DNA of 64,000 nucleotides from Macrostomum lignano. Its lineage: Eukaryota. Below the pieces are notes generated by a model. It made no database searches. It was not told the origin of the DNA and saw only the letters and a program-made list of their open reading frames with translations. Shown here piece after piece: positions 48,827-62,200 of this stretch. The position numbers and the translations under genes are program-made. The stretch spans positions 539,516 to 603,515 of the forward strand of contig NIVC01000390.1 of the NCBI GenBank assembly GCA_002269645.1, given 5' to 3'. Positions within the stretch are counted from its first letter, which is position 1. Each line of letters starts with the position of its first letter.

Positions 48827-51237
48827 ATGGCAACGCGAACTGTTTGGGCGCCAGTTGTTTTGCTTTGGTGCTTCGTGGCCGCTCACTGTACGGCCGCTCC
48901 TGGAGGCCATGTGGTTAAGAACCACTGCTTCACCATTCATTTGACCAGATCGCTGCGCTCAGGTGAGAGCAATGTTTATGAAGCTTTGGAAATCTGTGCG
49001 ATGCTGTAGCTTTTATGATTTTTGCTCTTCACTTCTTTGGCTACGAAGACAAAGTCGAAGCACTTTTTATTAAAGTTATTAAAGTACTTTTCTAATTTAG
49101 TCATATCGCTTCTCCTGCTCTCTCAGTCTGATCTCCAGTCACCGATCTCTATTCCCATTCTTCCCTATTTTAACCTATTTCTACTCTATTCTATTCTACT
49201 CTATTCTATTCTACTCTATTCTACTCTACTCTATTCTATTCTACTCTATTCTATTCTACTCTATTCTATTCTACTCTATTCTACTCTATTCTACTCTATT
49301 CTACTCTATTCTATTCTACTCTATTCTATTCTACTCTATTCTATTCTACTCTATTCTATTCTATTCTATTCTATTCTACTCTATTCTATTCTACTCTATT
49401 CTACTCTATTCTACTCTATTCTATTCTACTCTATTCTATTCTACTCTATTCTAGTCTATTCTACTCTATTCTATTCTACTCTATTCTAGTCTATTCTACT
49501 CTATTCTAGTCTATTCTACTCTATTCTATTCTACTCTATTCTATTCTACTCTATTCTATTCTACTCTATTCTATTCTACTCTATTCTATTCTACTCTATT
49601 CTAATCCATTCAAGTAGACTCCACTACACTGCACTCAGTACTAATAATCTCTAATGTGCCTCTATTGCGCAACACAATCTCTTAATCCTCCTCCCCCAAT
49701 TTGCAGCCGACTCCCTGCTGAGAGGCATGGACATCGTGCGCAAACACCTGGCCCAGGCAATGCAGCTCATGGACAGCTATCAGACTGGCGTGTTCTCGGC
49801 TCGGCTCAGAAACAAAACCCTGCCAGCTGGGGTCGCCAACTTCCAGCTGACGGAGCTCCAGCGAGTCGGCGCAGGAGTTCTTGAACTCTTTGACCGGCTG
49901 GCCGTGACCTGCTTGATCGCGGAGCATCTGGAGGCTCAGGAGAAGCAAGTCTTGGCCACGTCCAGGTCTGCATTTGGCTTTGAAGTGCTTTAAATAGAAT
50001 ACTGAACAATACAGTACTTACAGTAGTCAATACTACTCACAGTAGTCAATGCAGTACTTACAGTAGTCAATACAGTACTTACAGTAGTCAATACAGTACT
50101 TACAGTAGTCAATACAGTACTTACAGTAGTCAATACAGTACTTACAGTAGTCAATACAGTACTTACAGTAGTCAATAAAGTACTTACAGTAGTCAATAAA
50201 GTACTTACAGTAGTCAATACAGTACTCACAGTCATAGTAGTCAATACACTACTTACTGTAGTCAATACAGTACTTACAGTAGTCAATACTACTTACAGTA
50301 GTCAATAAAGTACTTACAGTAGTCAATACAGTACTCACAGTCATAGTAGTCAATACAGTACTTACAGTAGTCAATACAGTACTTACAGTAGTCAATACAG
50401 TACTTACAGTAGTCAATACAGTACTTACAGTAGTCAATACAGTACTTACAGTAGTCAATACAGTACTTACAGTAGTCAATACTACTTACAGTAGTCAATA
50501 AAGTACTTACAGTAGTCAATACAGTACTCACAGTCATAGTAGTCAATACACTACTTACTGTAGTCAATACAGTACTTACAGTAGTCAATACAGTACTTAC
50601 AGTAGTCAATACAGTACTTACAGTCATAGTAGTCAATACAGTACAGTACAATACAGTACAGTACAATACTGTACAATATTTATTATACTGTGTACAATAC
50701 AGTACAATATAGTTACAATACAATACATTAGTAAATACAGTTAGTTATAGTAGTCAATGCAGTACTCACAGTAGTCAATGCAGTACTCACAGTAGTCAAT
50801 GCAGTACTCACAGTAGTCAATGCAGTACTCACAGTAGTCAATACAGTTAGTTATATTAGTCAATGCAGTACTTGCAGTAGTCATTCAAATTTCGATCACA
50901 AAGCATAACAAAATTCCCAATTCGCAGGTGGAGCCGGCAGCTAGCTGACATCAAGTCCGAGCTGGTGAAGTCCCTGTGCTATTCACACTTGCTGCTCCAT
51001 CTGTCCAGCAGCTACTTGTCAGCTGACAGTCTGCAGCACATCCGGTCACTCTATGGCCAGTCTCTGATTCCCATCGAGCGCCTGCCGCACTCGGAGCGCG
51101 AATGGCGCCACCTTAGGGACTACGCGGTGACCGGCGCTCTGCAGAGGGCGGTTCGCCAGTCCATCTCTGAGCTGCAGCTGATGATGCTGCAGGTCGCTGG
51201 CGGGCTTAGCAACCCAAGCTTAGCAACCCCAGCTTAG
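48827..51237 (+). CDS. Secreted alpha-helical protein 2, putative four-helix cytokine-like, 234 aa
   Basis: Signal peptide MATRTVWAPVVLLWCFVAAHCTA. Exons 48827-48962, 49707-49965 and 50928-51237 (phases 1 and 2; total 705 nt, in frame). Shares KHL..A....Y, RL.NK, LE.QE, W...L..I and PH..RE.R..RDY.V...L...V..SI.EL with protein 1. Confidence 0.75.
49175..49605. repeat. (CTATT/CTACT)n pentanucleotide microsatellite
   Basis: Direct inspection; intron 1 of protein 2. Confidence 0.95.
50008..50880. repeat. 21-bp minisatellite (TACAGTACTTACAGTAGTCAA)
   Basis: Intron 2 of protein 2; source of the TTVSTVL ORFs. Confidence 0.95.
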
Positions 51238-51772
51238 CAACCCCAGCTTAGCAACCCCAGCTTAGCAACCCCAGCTTAGCAACCCCAGCTTAGCAACCCC
51301 AGCTTAGCAACCCCAGCTTAGCAACCCAAGCTTAGCAACCCCAGCTTAGCAACCCCAGCTTAGCAACCCCAGCTTAGCAACCCCAGCCTAGCAACCACAG
51401 CTTAGCAACCCCAGCTTTGCAACCACAGCTTATCAACCACAGCTTAGCAACCACAGCTTAGCAACCCCAGCCTAGCAACCACAGCTTAGCAACCCCAGCT
51501 TAGCAACCCCAGCTTAGCAACCACAGCTTATAGCAACCCCAGTTTAGCAACCACAGCTTAGCAACCACAGCCTAGCAACCCCAGCTTAGCAACCCCAGCT
51601 TAGCAACCCCAGCTTAGCAACCCCAGCTTATAGCAACCCCAGCTTAGCAACCACAGCTTAGCAACCCCAGCTTAGCAACCCCAGCGTAGCAACCACAGCT
51701 TATAGCAACCCCAGTTAAGCAACCACAGCTTAGCAACCCCAGCCTAGCAACCACAGCTTAGCAACCCCAGCG
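51205..51772. repeat. 14-bp minisatellite (CTTAGCAACCCCAG) beginning inside the last codons of protein 2
   Basis: About 40 copies; the first copies encode LSNPSLATPA and the TAG stop. Confidence 0.95.
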
Positions 51773-52536
51773 TTTAATCAGATTTTTGCACTGTTAATAG
51801 ATTTTTCACAAAAGCATATTTTATTGCAACTTTTACCTTCTTCCCAAAGTCGCACAACAGAACGCACAATGTTTTGTTTTTCTATTTAATATTTTATTGA
51901 TCTAGTCTTTTTAAATCTCTGAAAAGCTTGAAGTCGCATGCTTTGTTCGTTTTATTCGGATATTTCAAATACCAGATAACTTTTCCGATCAATTATTTCT
52001 GGTAAATAATCGCAATATTCATTCATATTCATTTTAAGATGCAATAGTAATGCAGCTTCTGTTGGTTGATTGGTATTTTCTATGCATTTCCATGCACTTT
52101 ACCGGTTTAATATTGTTCAAGCATTGCCAGCGTTTGCACCCTACTGTTCTACTCACAGTAGAGCATTAGAAACATGCCTAAGAAATACACTTTACGCTCG
52201 TATGAGGACATTTTTGTCCTGCACAATTAAGCGAACGATTAAAGTCTTAAGTTAATTATTTATTTGATTAAAGACAGAGTTTAAGGGTTAGAAGACAACT
52301 ATATAAGATAAAGTGATTGTTTTATAGAGTTAAACAGGTTAGTAATATTTAAGAGGGCATACTCTAATAATTCCGATTTTTTTCTAAAACGTTATAGTAA
52401 AAAAATTTACTACGTTTTACACTACAGTACACTACTTCGATTTCTACATGCAAGTGGACAAATTAAGTTTATTATTCATACAGAGATTAGCTTACAGGTC
52501 ACCTATGAGCACATCAAGCTTAATAATCAAAATCCC

Positions 52537-52776
52537 GGGAGCACGAGAATTGCCCGCAAACGAATTGCCCGCAAACGAATTGCCCGCCGAGATTTGCCCG
52601 CAATGCATTTTGCCCGCGAGTGAATTGCCCGTGGAGATTTGCCCGCCGAGAATTCTTTACTAAGATTTAATACATGTAATAAGCATTGCGAAGGCAATCC
52701 AGACAAAATCTGCAGTAAAAAAGCATTGCGGGCAAATCTCGGCGGGCAAATCTCGGCGGGCAATTCTCATGGACCC
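52537..52776. mobile_element. 240-bp MITE/foldback element with subterminal tandem repeats and a degenerate 9-bp TSD
   Basis: Termini GGGAGCACGAGAATTGCCCGC and GCGGGCAATTCTCATGGACCC. (A/T)TTGCCCGC repeats are inverted on the two arms. Flanks CAAAATCCC and CAAATTCCA match at 7/9. Confidence 0.65.
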
Positions 52777-53298
52777 CAAATTCCATTTTACTGACTCAAT
52801 AAAGTCAACTTGGTGGCGACACTTCATTCTTCATTGACGAATTGGACAGCCAACAGAGGCAAAGGGGGGAGTTTAACAAAATCGTTTATTTTTGTTTGTC
52901 CGATCTGGAACCTGGAATTAATTACAATAATAATTAGCGGAACTAACTAGCATTAAATTCAGCTGGCTAGATAAGGTAGAGAGTATTTTTAAATATATAG
53001 AGCCCCCAAAAAGCAGTTTTTCATTTGTCCAGCCGTCTATGTACATTTCATTGTACGTTATTTTAAGAGCCCCCATGTCCTTTCGGGTGTACACTGACGC
53101 CCAACCACCCCAACCCCCCGTCCCCACACTGGGGTGAATCTCTCTCTCCCTCTGTTATCAGTAGGCCCCCGGGGAGGGAGGGGCAATCATAATAAATAGC
53201 TCGGAGCTCCACATAGTGAAAGGCACGAAGCCTTAAAAGTTTGCAGACAAGCTTTGCTTTTGTCTGCACAGGCAGATTAAGGCTAGTCCTTTTCAGCC

Positions 53299-56200
53299 AT
53301 GATGCGCGGAGGTCACTCCGCTCTGTCTGGGACTCCGATCAGTCTAAAGTACTTCTCAGGCGATGGGCCCTGTGTATTACAAAGCGAGCTGCTGCTTGTC
53401 CAGCCTGTACCAATTAAGACATTAGCTCAGCTGCGCAATGTCCTACTCGCCAAAGCGAAGCACTTCCGTCCAGAGCATCGATTTCGTTCTTTGTCTGGCG
53501 AGCTTGTGCCAATCGATATGGAATCCTGCTTGGCCTTTAACTGCGTGCTGCGCAGCACCAACAGCGTGTTTGTCATTGGTGATGGCGAGAATATTGGTAC
53601 GCTAGTGATTCATTTTGTTTTGGAATACTTTATTTCTCTAGTCTAGGAGATCTGGTGAAGATTTAAATTACATTAAAATTTGATTGAGATTGGATTTCAT
53701 TCAGATTTACGATTGGACAGAGATTGGATAGAGAATAGAGATCAGATTGAGATCTGGTTGAGATATATAGGATAGAGATCTGGCTGAGATAGGATTGAGA
53801 TCTGGCTGAGATAGGATAGAGATCTGGTTGAGATAGGATACAGATCTGGCTGAGATAGGATAGAGATCTGGCTGAGATAGGATAGAGATCTGGCTGAGAT
53901 AGAATAGAGATCTGTTGTAGAGATTAGACAGATTAAAAAGTAAGTTCGCATTTCATTGCTCCTTTTACATTAAGTACCCAGTCAGTTGCCATGCTCTGAT
54001 TCCTCATCCTTTATAATTTGAAAACCCAGCCTGCGACAGCCTCGAAGTCGGCATCGTGTTAACTTCGCCAATCAATGGCGACGAGTTGCCAGTCGGTTTT
54101 GTGGACATCTCGCCGCGCGAGAGCCTGGAACAGCTGCGCAAGCGGGCGGCCGTCTTCCTGCCTCTGCTGGCGGGCTGCGAGTTTCTGTTTCTGAACAGGC
54201 GCGGCTGGCCTGTCAGCGAGCTGTACGAGGCTCGGCTAAGAGTGCACGAAGTGCTGGATCACCGCAGGAGTGTGTCGGTGGCGCCGCTAAGTCGGATGCA
54301 GGTGTAGTGGGGACTAGGACACTCGGAGTAGCTATTGGGGATTGAGATCGGATTCTTATGATTGGAAATTGGAAAATTTGGGATAACTTTTTTAGTTGGG
54401 TAAACGTTTTATTTGGGATCGGGATTCTTATATCTTGGGATAATTTGTTGGTTGAGGATTTTGATGGGCATCGGGATTCTTATAATTTGAGATAATTTAT
54501 GAGTTGAGGATAATGATGAGGATCGGGATTCTTATAATTTGAGATAATTTATAAGTTGGGGATAATGATGGGGATCGGGATTCTTATAATTTGAGATAAT
54601 TTATGAGTTGAGGATAATGATGAGGATCGGGATTCTTATAATTTAAGATAATTTATAAGTTGGGGATAATGATGAGGATCGGGATTCTTATAATTTGAGA
54701 TAATTTATAAGTTGGGGATATTGATGAGGATCAGGATTCTTATAATTTGAGATAATTTATAAGTTGGGGATAATGATGAGGATCGGGATTCTTATAATTT
54801 GAGATAATTTATAAGTTGGGGATATTGATGAGGATCGGGATTCTTATAATTTGAGATAATTTATAAGTTGGGGATATTGATGAGGATCGGGATTCTTATA
54901 ATTTGAGATAATTTATAAGTTGGGGATATTGATGAGGATCGGGATTCTTATAATTTGAGATAATTTATAAGTTGGGGATATTGATGAGGATCGGGATTCT
55001 TATAATTTGAGATAATTTATAGGTTGAGGATATTGATGAGGATCGGGATTCTTATAATTTGAGATAATTTATAAGTTGGGGATATTGATGAGGATCGGGA
55101 TTCTTATAATTTGGGATAATTTATAAGTTGGGGATATTGATGAGGATCGAGATTCTTATAATTTGGGATAATTTATAAGTTGGGGATATTGATGAGGATC
55201 GGGATTCTTATAATTTGAGATAATTTATAAGTTGAGGATATTGATGAGGATCAGGATTCTTATAATTTGAGATAATTTATAAGTTGAGGATATTGATGGG
55301 GATCGAGATTCTTATAATTTGGGATTATTTATGAGCTGGGATATTGATGGGGATCAGGATTCTTATAATTTGGGATTATTTATGAGCTGGGATATTGATG
55401 TAGATTTTTTAAATTAGATTACATAATGAAAATTATATTAAACAATTCCTAGGCCGATGTTCGCCTCCTTGCCGGGGCCTCGGCCGCCGCTCACGCCATC
55501 CCCGCCTGCCCAGCAACAGCGGCAGCAGCCTCGCCCTCGCTTGCACCCGTGCTGCTTCCGTCAGCGCGGCAGCCGCCCCAGACTCCGCTGCCGCCGGCCG
55601 CGCCATACCGGCCGCACAGCTCATTGGCGGTAGCGAGCAGCAGCAACCTGGCTGGTACCGCCGCTGGCGGCAAGCGGCACCTGGAACAGTTGCTAGGCGA
55701 CGCTGACCTGCTGCAGGGCCGTCATTCGGGCCGATCGGCCGCCAAAGACATGCTAATTAGCTATGTGAGAGCAGAGGCTGCTCACGTGGCTGTTGTGCTC
55801 AAGGAGAAGCTCACGGCTCTGGGCTGCTCCGTGTTTCTGGTAAGTCTGCTCTGGAGTCAATGTTTGAGTTGGTTTAGTTGATTCGTTTCCGGGGCTTGAC
55901 AGTCAAATCGAAATCTAGAATATCAAATTTATGGGAAAAATTATCCATGTGAAATCGGAATCCAAAATCCCAAATTTATGGGGAACATTGGTTCCCAGTG
56001 AAATCGGAATCCAAAATCCCAAATTTATGGGGAAAATTGTCCCAGTGAAATCGGAATCCAAAATCCCAAATTTATGGGGAAAATTGTCCCAGTGAAATCG
56101 GAATCCAAAATCCCAAATTTATGGGGAACATTGGTTCCCAGTGAAATCGGAATCCAAAATCCCAAATTTATGGGGAAAATTGTCCCAGTGAAATCGGAAT

Positions 56201-59200
56201 CCAAAATCCCAAATTTATGGGGAACATTAGTTCCCAGTGAAATCGGAATCCAAAATCCCAACTTTATGGGGAAAATTGTCCCAGTGAAATCGCAGTCCAG
56301 AATCACGAAAGTTTGGGGGAAATATCCCAGACATTTTAGATTTTAAGCGTCTCAAAATTTATGATTAAAAAATCCCCAAAACCTGCACACCCCACCTGTT
56401 TTCCATTCCCTCAACTCCACTCTTTGCAGGATGTCGACGAGATCGCTCTGGGCTCCGACTGGCAAGACGCTTTGAACGACGCGGTGGCAGCCACGGAGGT
56501 CTTCATCCCCTTGGTGACCCCCCGGTACGGCGCCACCCAGTGGACCAATAGAGAGGTGAAGCTGGCGGACGTGCTTGGCAAAGAGATTCTGCCTATCAAC
56601 TTCATCTCCGACTGGCCACCTCGCTGCCTAGCGATCCAGTTTGCCACCACGCAGTTTGTGCCCTGGTCTGGCGCGTGTAAGTGCTTGAGTTGGGGCTCGG
56701 GGCGCATTGGGACTCGGTTTTGGCTGTACTGGGACTCGGTTTTGAGTTGTACTGGGACTCGCTTTCAGGCTGTACTGGGACTCGCTTTCAGGCTGTACTG
56801 GGACTCGCTTTCAGGCTGTACTGGGGCTCGCTTTCAGGCTGTACTGGGACTCGCTTTCAGGCTGTACTGGGACTCGCTTTCAGGCTGTACTGGGACTCGC
56901 TTTCAGGCTGTACTGGGGCTCGCTTTCAGGCTGTACTGGGACTCGCTTTCAGGCTGTACTGGGACTCGCTTTCAGGCTGTACTGGGACTCGCTTTCAGGC
57001 TGTACTGGGACTCGCTTTCAGGCTGTACTGGGACTCGCTTTCAGGCTGTACTGGGACTCGCTTTCAGGCTGTACTGGGACTCGCTTTCAGGCTGTACTGG
57101 GACTCGCTTTCAGGCTTCATTGCGCAATTGTATCTCGTTTTCTAACTGATCAATAACTAACGTCTACTAATTAATCTATTCATAATCAGCCATATATGTA
57201 GAGAAAATAAAGCGCCTATAGCCAAGCCTAACTAAAGCAACAACCCAGTTTCTGACTAATTAGACAGACTTTATTTAAGGTATTTCAACCTAGCGACCTC
57301 ATTCTAGCAGTAGTGCTCACATAACAGTCACAATAGCTATACCCTCTGTTTTTGATAAAAAATCTTATCTGAATTTTAGTTGCGAAAGCGGGTTAACGAG
57401 TGTAGCCATGAAGTGCGGTTGGCAATCTGCTAATTTGGCAGGTGAATGCCATGTGCTAATGACCATTCAGCTGCGCTGTCTTGCGTGGTGCTTTTCTAGA
57501 ATAGAATGTTTTCGGTGGTGGTGGTTCAAGTCTCTCGAATTTTTATATTGGGAGGCTCTCTGCTGTATCTTCTGAGGGTCATTCAGTGAACTGCTGTATC
57601 TTCTGAGGGTCATTCAGTGAACTGCTGTATCTTCTGAGGGTCATTCAGTGAACTGCTGTATCTTTTGAGGGTCATTCAATGAACTGCTGTATCTTCTGAG
57701 GGTCATTCAGTGAACTGCTGTATCTTCTAAGGGTCATTCAGTGAACTGCTGTATCTTCTGAGGGTCATTCAGTGAACTGCTGTATCTTCTGAGGGTCATT
57801 CAGTGAACTGCTGTATCTTCTGAGGGTCATTCAGTGAACTGCTGTATCTTCTAAGGGTCATTCAGTGAACTGCTGTATCTTCTGAGGGTCATTCAGTGAA
57901 CTGCTGTATCTTCTGAGGGTCATTCAGTGAACTGCTGTATCTTCTGAGGGTCATTCAGTGAACTGCTGTATCTTCTAAGGGTCATTCAGTGAACTGCTGT
58001 ATCTTCTGAGGGTCATTCAGTGAACTGCTGTATCTTTTGAGGGTCATTCAGTGAACTGCTGTATCTTCTGAGGGTCATTCAGTGAACTGCTGTATCTTCT
58101 AAGGGTCATTCAGTGAACTGCTGTATCTTCTGAGGGTCATTCAGTGAACTGCTGTATCTTTTGAGGGTCATTCAGTGAACTGCTGTATCTTCTGAGGGTC
58201 ATTCAGTGAACTGCTGTATCTTCTAAGGGTCATTCAGTGAACTGCTGTATCTTCTGAGGGTCATTCAGTGAACTGCTGTATCTTCTAAGGGTCATTCAGT
58301 GAACTGCTGTATCTTCTGAGGGTCATTCAGTGAACTGCTGTATCTACTGAGGGTCATTCAGTGAACTGCTGTATCTTCTGAGGGTCATTCAGTGAACTGC
58401 TGTATCTACTGAGGGTCATTCAGTGAACTGCTGTATCTACTGAGGGTCATTCAGTGAACTGCTGTAGGCTCTGAGGGTCATTCAGTGAACTGCTGTAGGC
58501 TCTGAGGGTCATTCAGTGAACTGCTGTAGGCTCTGAGGGTCGTTCAGTGAACTGCTGTAGGCTCTGAGGGTCATTCAGTGAACTGCTGTATCTTCTGAGG
58601 GTCGTTCAGTGAACTGCTGTATCTTCTGAGGGTCGTTCAGTGAACTGCTGTATCCTCTGAGGGTCATTCAGTGAACTGCTGTAGCCTCTGAGGGTTCTTC
58701 CTCTAACACTGAGCCATCCTGCTAGATGCCAGACGGATTTCCTCCAACCCGCAGACGACATCGAGTCGGCCAACATCAATGACGAGGCCGGCCGGGTGGC
58801 CGAGGAGATCCGGCGGCAGTTCGACGCCAACAAGCGGCGCCCGCCGGAGTCCAAGTCGGATGAGAGAGGAAGCGCGATGGGGCCGCCTGTGAGTTTGAGA
58901 AGGAAAGGGCGGGCTTAGAGGAGTGCCAGAGAATATAATGGAGTGCCAGAAACTATACGGGGAGAGTTCCAGAGACTATAGAAGAGCGCCACAGACTATA
59001 GAAGAGCGCCAGAGACTATTGTGGTGATGGGGCTCAAGGGCTCGGTCCTTTCGTGCCCCTTTCCCAGACCCGGATTCGCGTACTGACCCTGGCTGCGGTC
59101 CTCCACTGACACGCGTACGACGCGGTGTCTGTCGGGACTAGGCTGCTCGAGCGTACGACGCACGACAGCCTACAGACTCGCGTACGACGCAGAGCTGCTT

Positions 59201-62200
59201 GGGGTGGGACCGGCGTACGACACACTTAATCCCCCTAAGGTGCCTAGTACAGAGGCAGACCCAAATGACTTGCAAATTGGAAGGCTTACCAGCCGCGATT
59301 TCGGTCGTACAACAAGACCATACATGCGCAACAGTCGGCCGAGTCGGCCGATCCGGCCGACCGATTTGGCAGCCAATCAAGGAAGTCGCAAAAATGCCCA
59401 TCCGAAAAAATACCAAAGTAGTATTACTAAGTAGCTGACGAGGCATTTTGACCTAATAAGACAGTCATAGTTACTCCTGCCGTTTACCCAAAGTTGCGTT
59501 AATTTTGCGTATGGTTTTTTTAATTACATGTAAGTCGCATTTTGGCCAAAAACTACGTCGCATTTTTGTTAAAACTAAGTCGCATGGCCGACTGAATTTT
59601 GGAGGTTGCGCATGTATGAACAAGACACAGCGCCGTCAGAGCAGTGGTAGTATTGATCGGTATTCTTTTAATTGTATTTGTATCGCAATTAACGCTGGCA
59701 CTATCACCGGGGAGCCACGAAGAAGACGAGAATGGGGTCTCAAGGGGGTCCGAATAAATAGGCAGCAAACTGGGGGTTGAGGGCGCGGGATAAAGGCAGA
59801 AAAGGGGGCTTAGACATCAGCATAGGAAAAACATGAGCCGTACCAGCCAATCGCCGGGGCGCAGCACGGCAGACTGGGACTGGCAGCCAATCACAAACAG
59901 GGGCGGGGCAGCAAAGCTAACAAAAGAATGGGGCGGGGTCGCACGGGGTGCACACAGAGCAAGGGGGGTTTGACTAAACGGAAAAGGCCTAGGCAGGGAG
60001 GGGGGTACGCACACGCAGAAGTGCAGGTGGGTGAGTCAGAAAATATCTGAGGAGGGGGGAGAGGACGGCCAACTGGCCCGGCCTAGCAAAGTAGCAAAGT
60101 ACACACAGTCATAATAACACATTCATGACACTATACTCGTAGAAGAGCGCCAGAGACTTTAGAAGAGCGCCAGAGACCATAAAAGAGTGCCAAAGACTAT
60201 AGGAGAGCGCCAGAGACTTTAGAAGAGCGCCAGAGACCATAAAAGAGTGCCAAAGACTATAGGAGAGCGCCAGAGACTTTAGAAGAGCGCCAGAGACCAT
60301 AAAAGAGCGCCACAGACTATAGAAGAGCGCCAGAGACTATAGAAGAGCGCCAGAGACTATAGAAGAGCGCCAGAGACTATAGAAGAGCGCCAGAGACTAT
60401 AGAAGAGCGCCAGAGACTATAGAAGAGCGCCAGAGACTATAGAAGAGCGCCAGAGACTATAGAAGAGTACCAGAGACTAATGGAGAGGGCCAGAACGTGA
60501 ATAAGCGCTTACCAAGCTAAACAATCGTTGAATTTCAGAGCTTCAAGCGAAAGCCGACCTGCCTATCGATAATGTCTCGCAAGTCAATAAAGTTCCGTCA
60601 GTCCAAGTAAGACTCGATTATTGTATCAGATTGTTCTTTTTTACTCTGGCCACTGTATCTTAGTGTGCACTTCTTCTCACACTGCTCTAGAGAGATCGAC
60701 CAATTCAACGAACAGCAACAGAATCTCCAGCAGCAGCAACAGCAGCAAAGGAAGCAATCCCTGCACCAGCTGCACCAGCAGCAGACACTCCGGACTGTGC
60801 AATCAAGCCTAGATGAAGATGAGGCAGTGTACCGAGCTCTGATGAGCAATCGTCAAGTGGTTGTTAGTTACCATGCCGACGATTTTGCCAAAGCCGATCA
60901 GCTGCACTCGGCTCTGGTTAATCGGAATTTCAAAGTCTCCGTCTTTGCTATCAGCTGCTCGGTTCGCTGCTCAGCTGACGTCGGCGGCGGCTCCCAGGAG
61001 GCCGCAGCTGCCGGTACGTCGGATGCCGCTGTTGCTGCCGCTCCTGCAGCAGCCAGCGGAGCCGGCGGCGGCGACTCGGCTGGCAGTCAGGGCAGCTCGA
61101 TTGGCATGAGGCGTGAGTGCCAATATCGGGAAGTGAGCAATGAGTGCAGTGTGCCATGGCAGTGTGCCATTTTCTACTGCGTGTGTTTATGGCTTGGGAG
61201 TTCAGTGTGCCGTTTTCTAATGCGTGTGTTTATGGCTTGGGAGTGCAGTGTGCCATTTTCTACTGCGTGTGTTTATGGCTTGGAAGTGCAGTGTGCCATT
61301 TTCTAATGCGTGTGTTTATGGCCATCTTTTCCAATGGCGACTTTTGGAAGTGTGATTCTGAAGCTACTTTACCTAGCTACTGTCAACTGTGCACTTGGCC
61401 GATATGTTGTGTATGAAATGTTTCAAATCGCCTTCGCATAGGCACCTTAAGGTTTAAGTGACAGAAAAAGCCGGCAAGGCAGGTGTTCCATCTCAACCTG
61501 CGCCTGCAGGTATCGGCTCCCGCGAGACTCTGATTCTCGGCGACGAGCTGGACACCTGCTCCCACTCGTCGGTAGAGCAGGCGGGCGACGAGTCTCGTGA
61601 AAGCCTGCTAGACTTTCAGACCAAGGCCGACTCGGCTGGCGCCGCCGTCTTCATCGTGTCAGACAGCTTCTTGTCGTCTAGGAGCTCTAGGAACCATGTG
61701 AGACTGACGTTACAGAATCAGGAGTTTTTTCTTCTCTTGCTACTGTTTACTTAAGCTAAGAGTAGTGTAATACGCGTTTTAGTTATTCTATGGTACTACT
61801 TATATATAAATAGTTAACAGTAGCATAATATGCATTTTAATGATTTAAACTTTTTTGCCAAAAAATTCTAGATATTCTACTGCGAACAGCGGAAGCACAT
61901 GATTCCGGTGCTGTGCGGCAACGTGCAGCTGCCCACTTGGCTTACTATGCTGTTGGAGGGCAGCAACTCTGTTGTGAGAGTGTTTCCTGTGCCTCTGGGT
62001 TTGGGGCTTATTTGAATTTTTTATTTGACATACAAAAATAATTAACTTCTCATAAAAACAATGGTATCATCAATAACCTCTCCATAAAACACAGGTACAA
62101 TAAATAAACTGGCCATAAACACACAGGCAGCATAAATAAACTGGCCATAAACACACAGGCAGCATAAATAAACTGGCCATAAACACACAGGCAGCATAAA

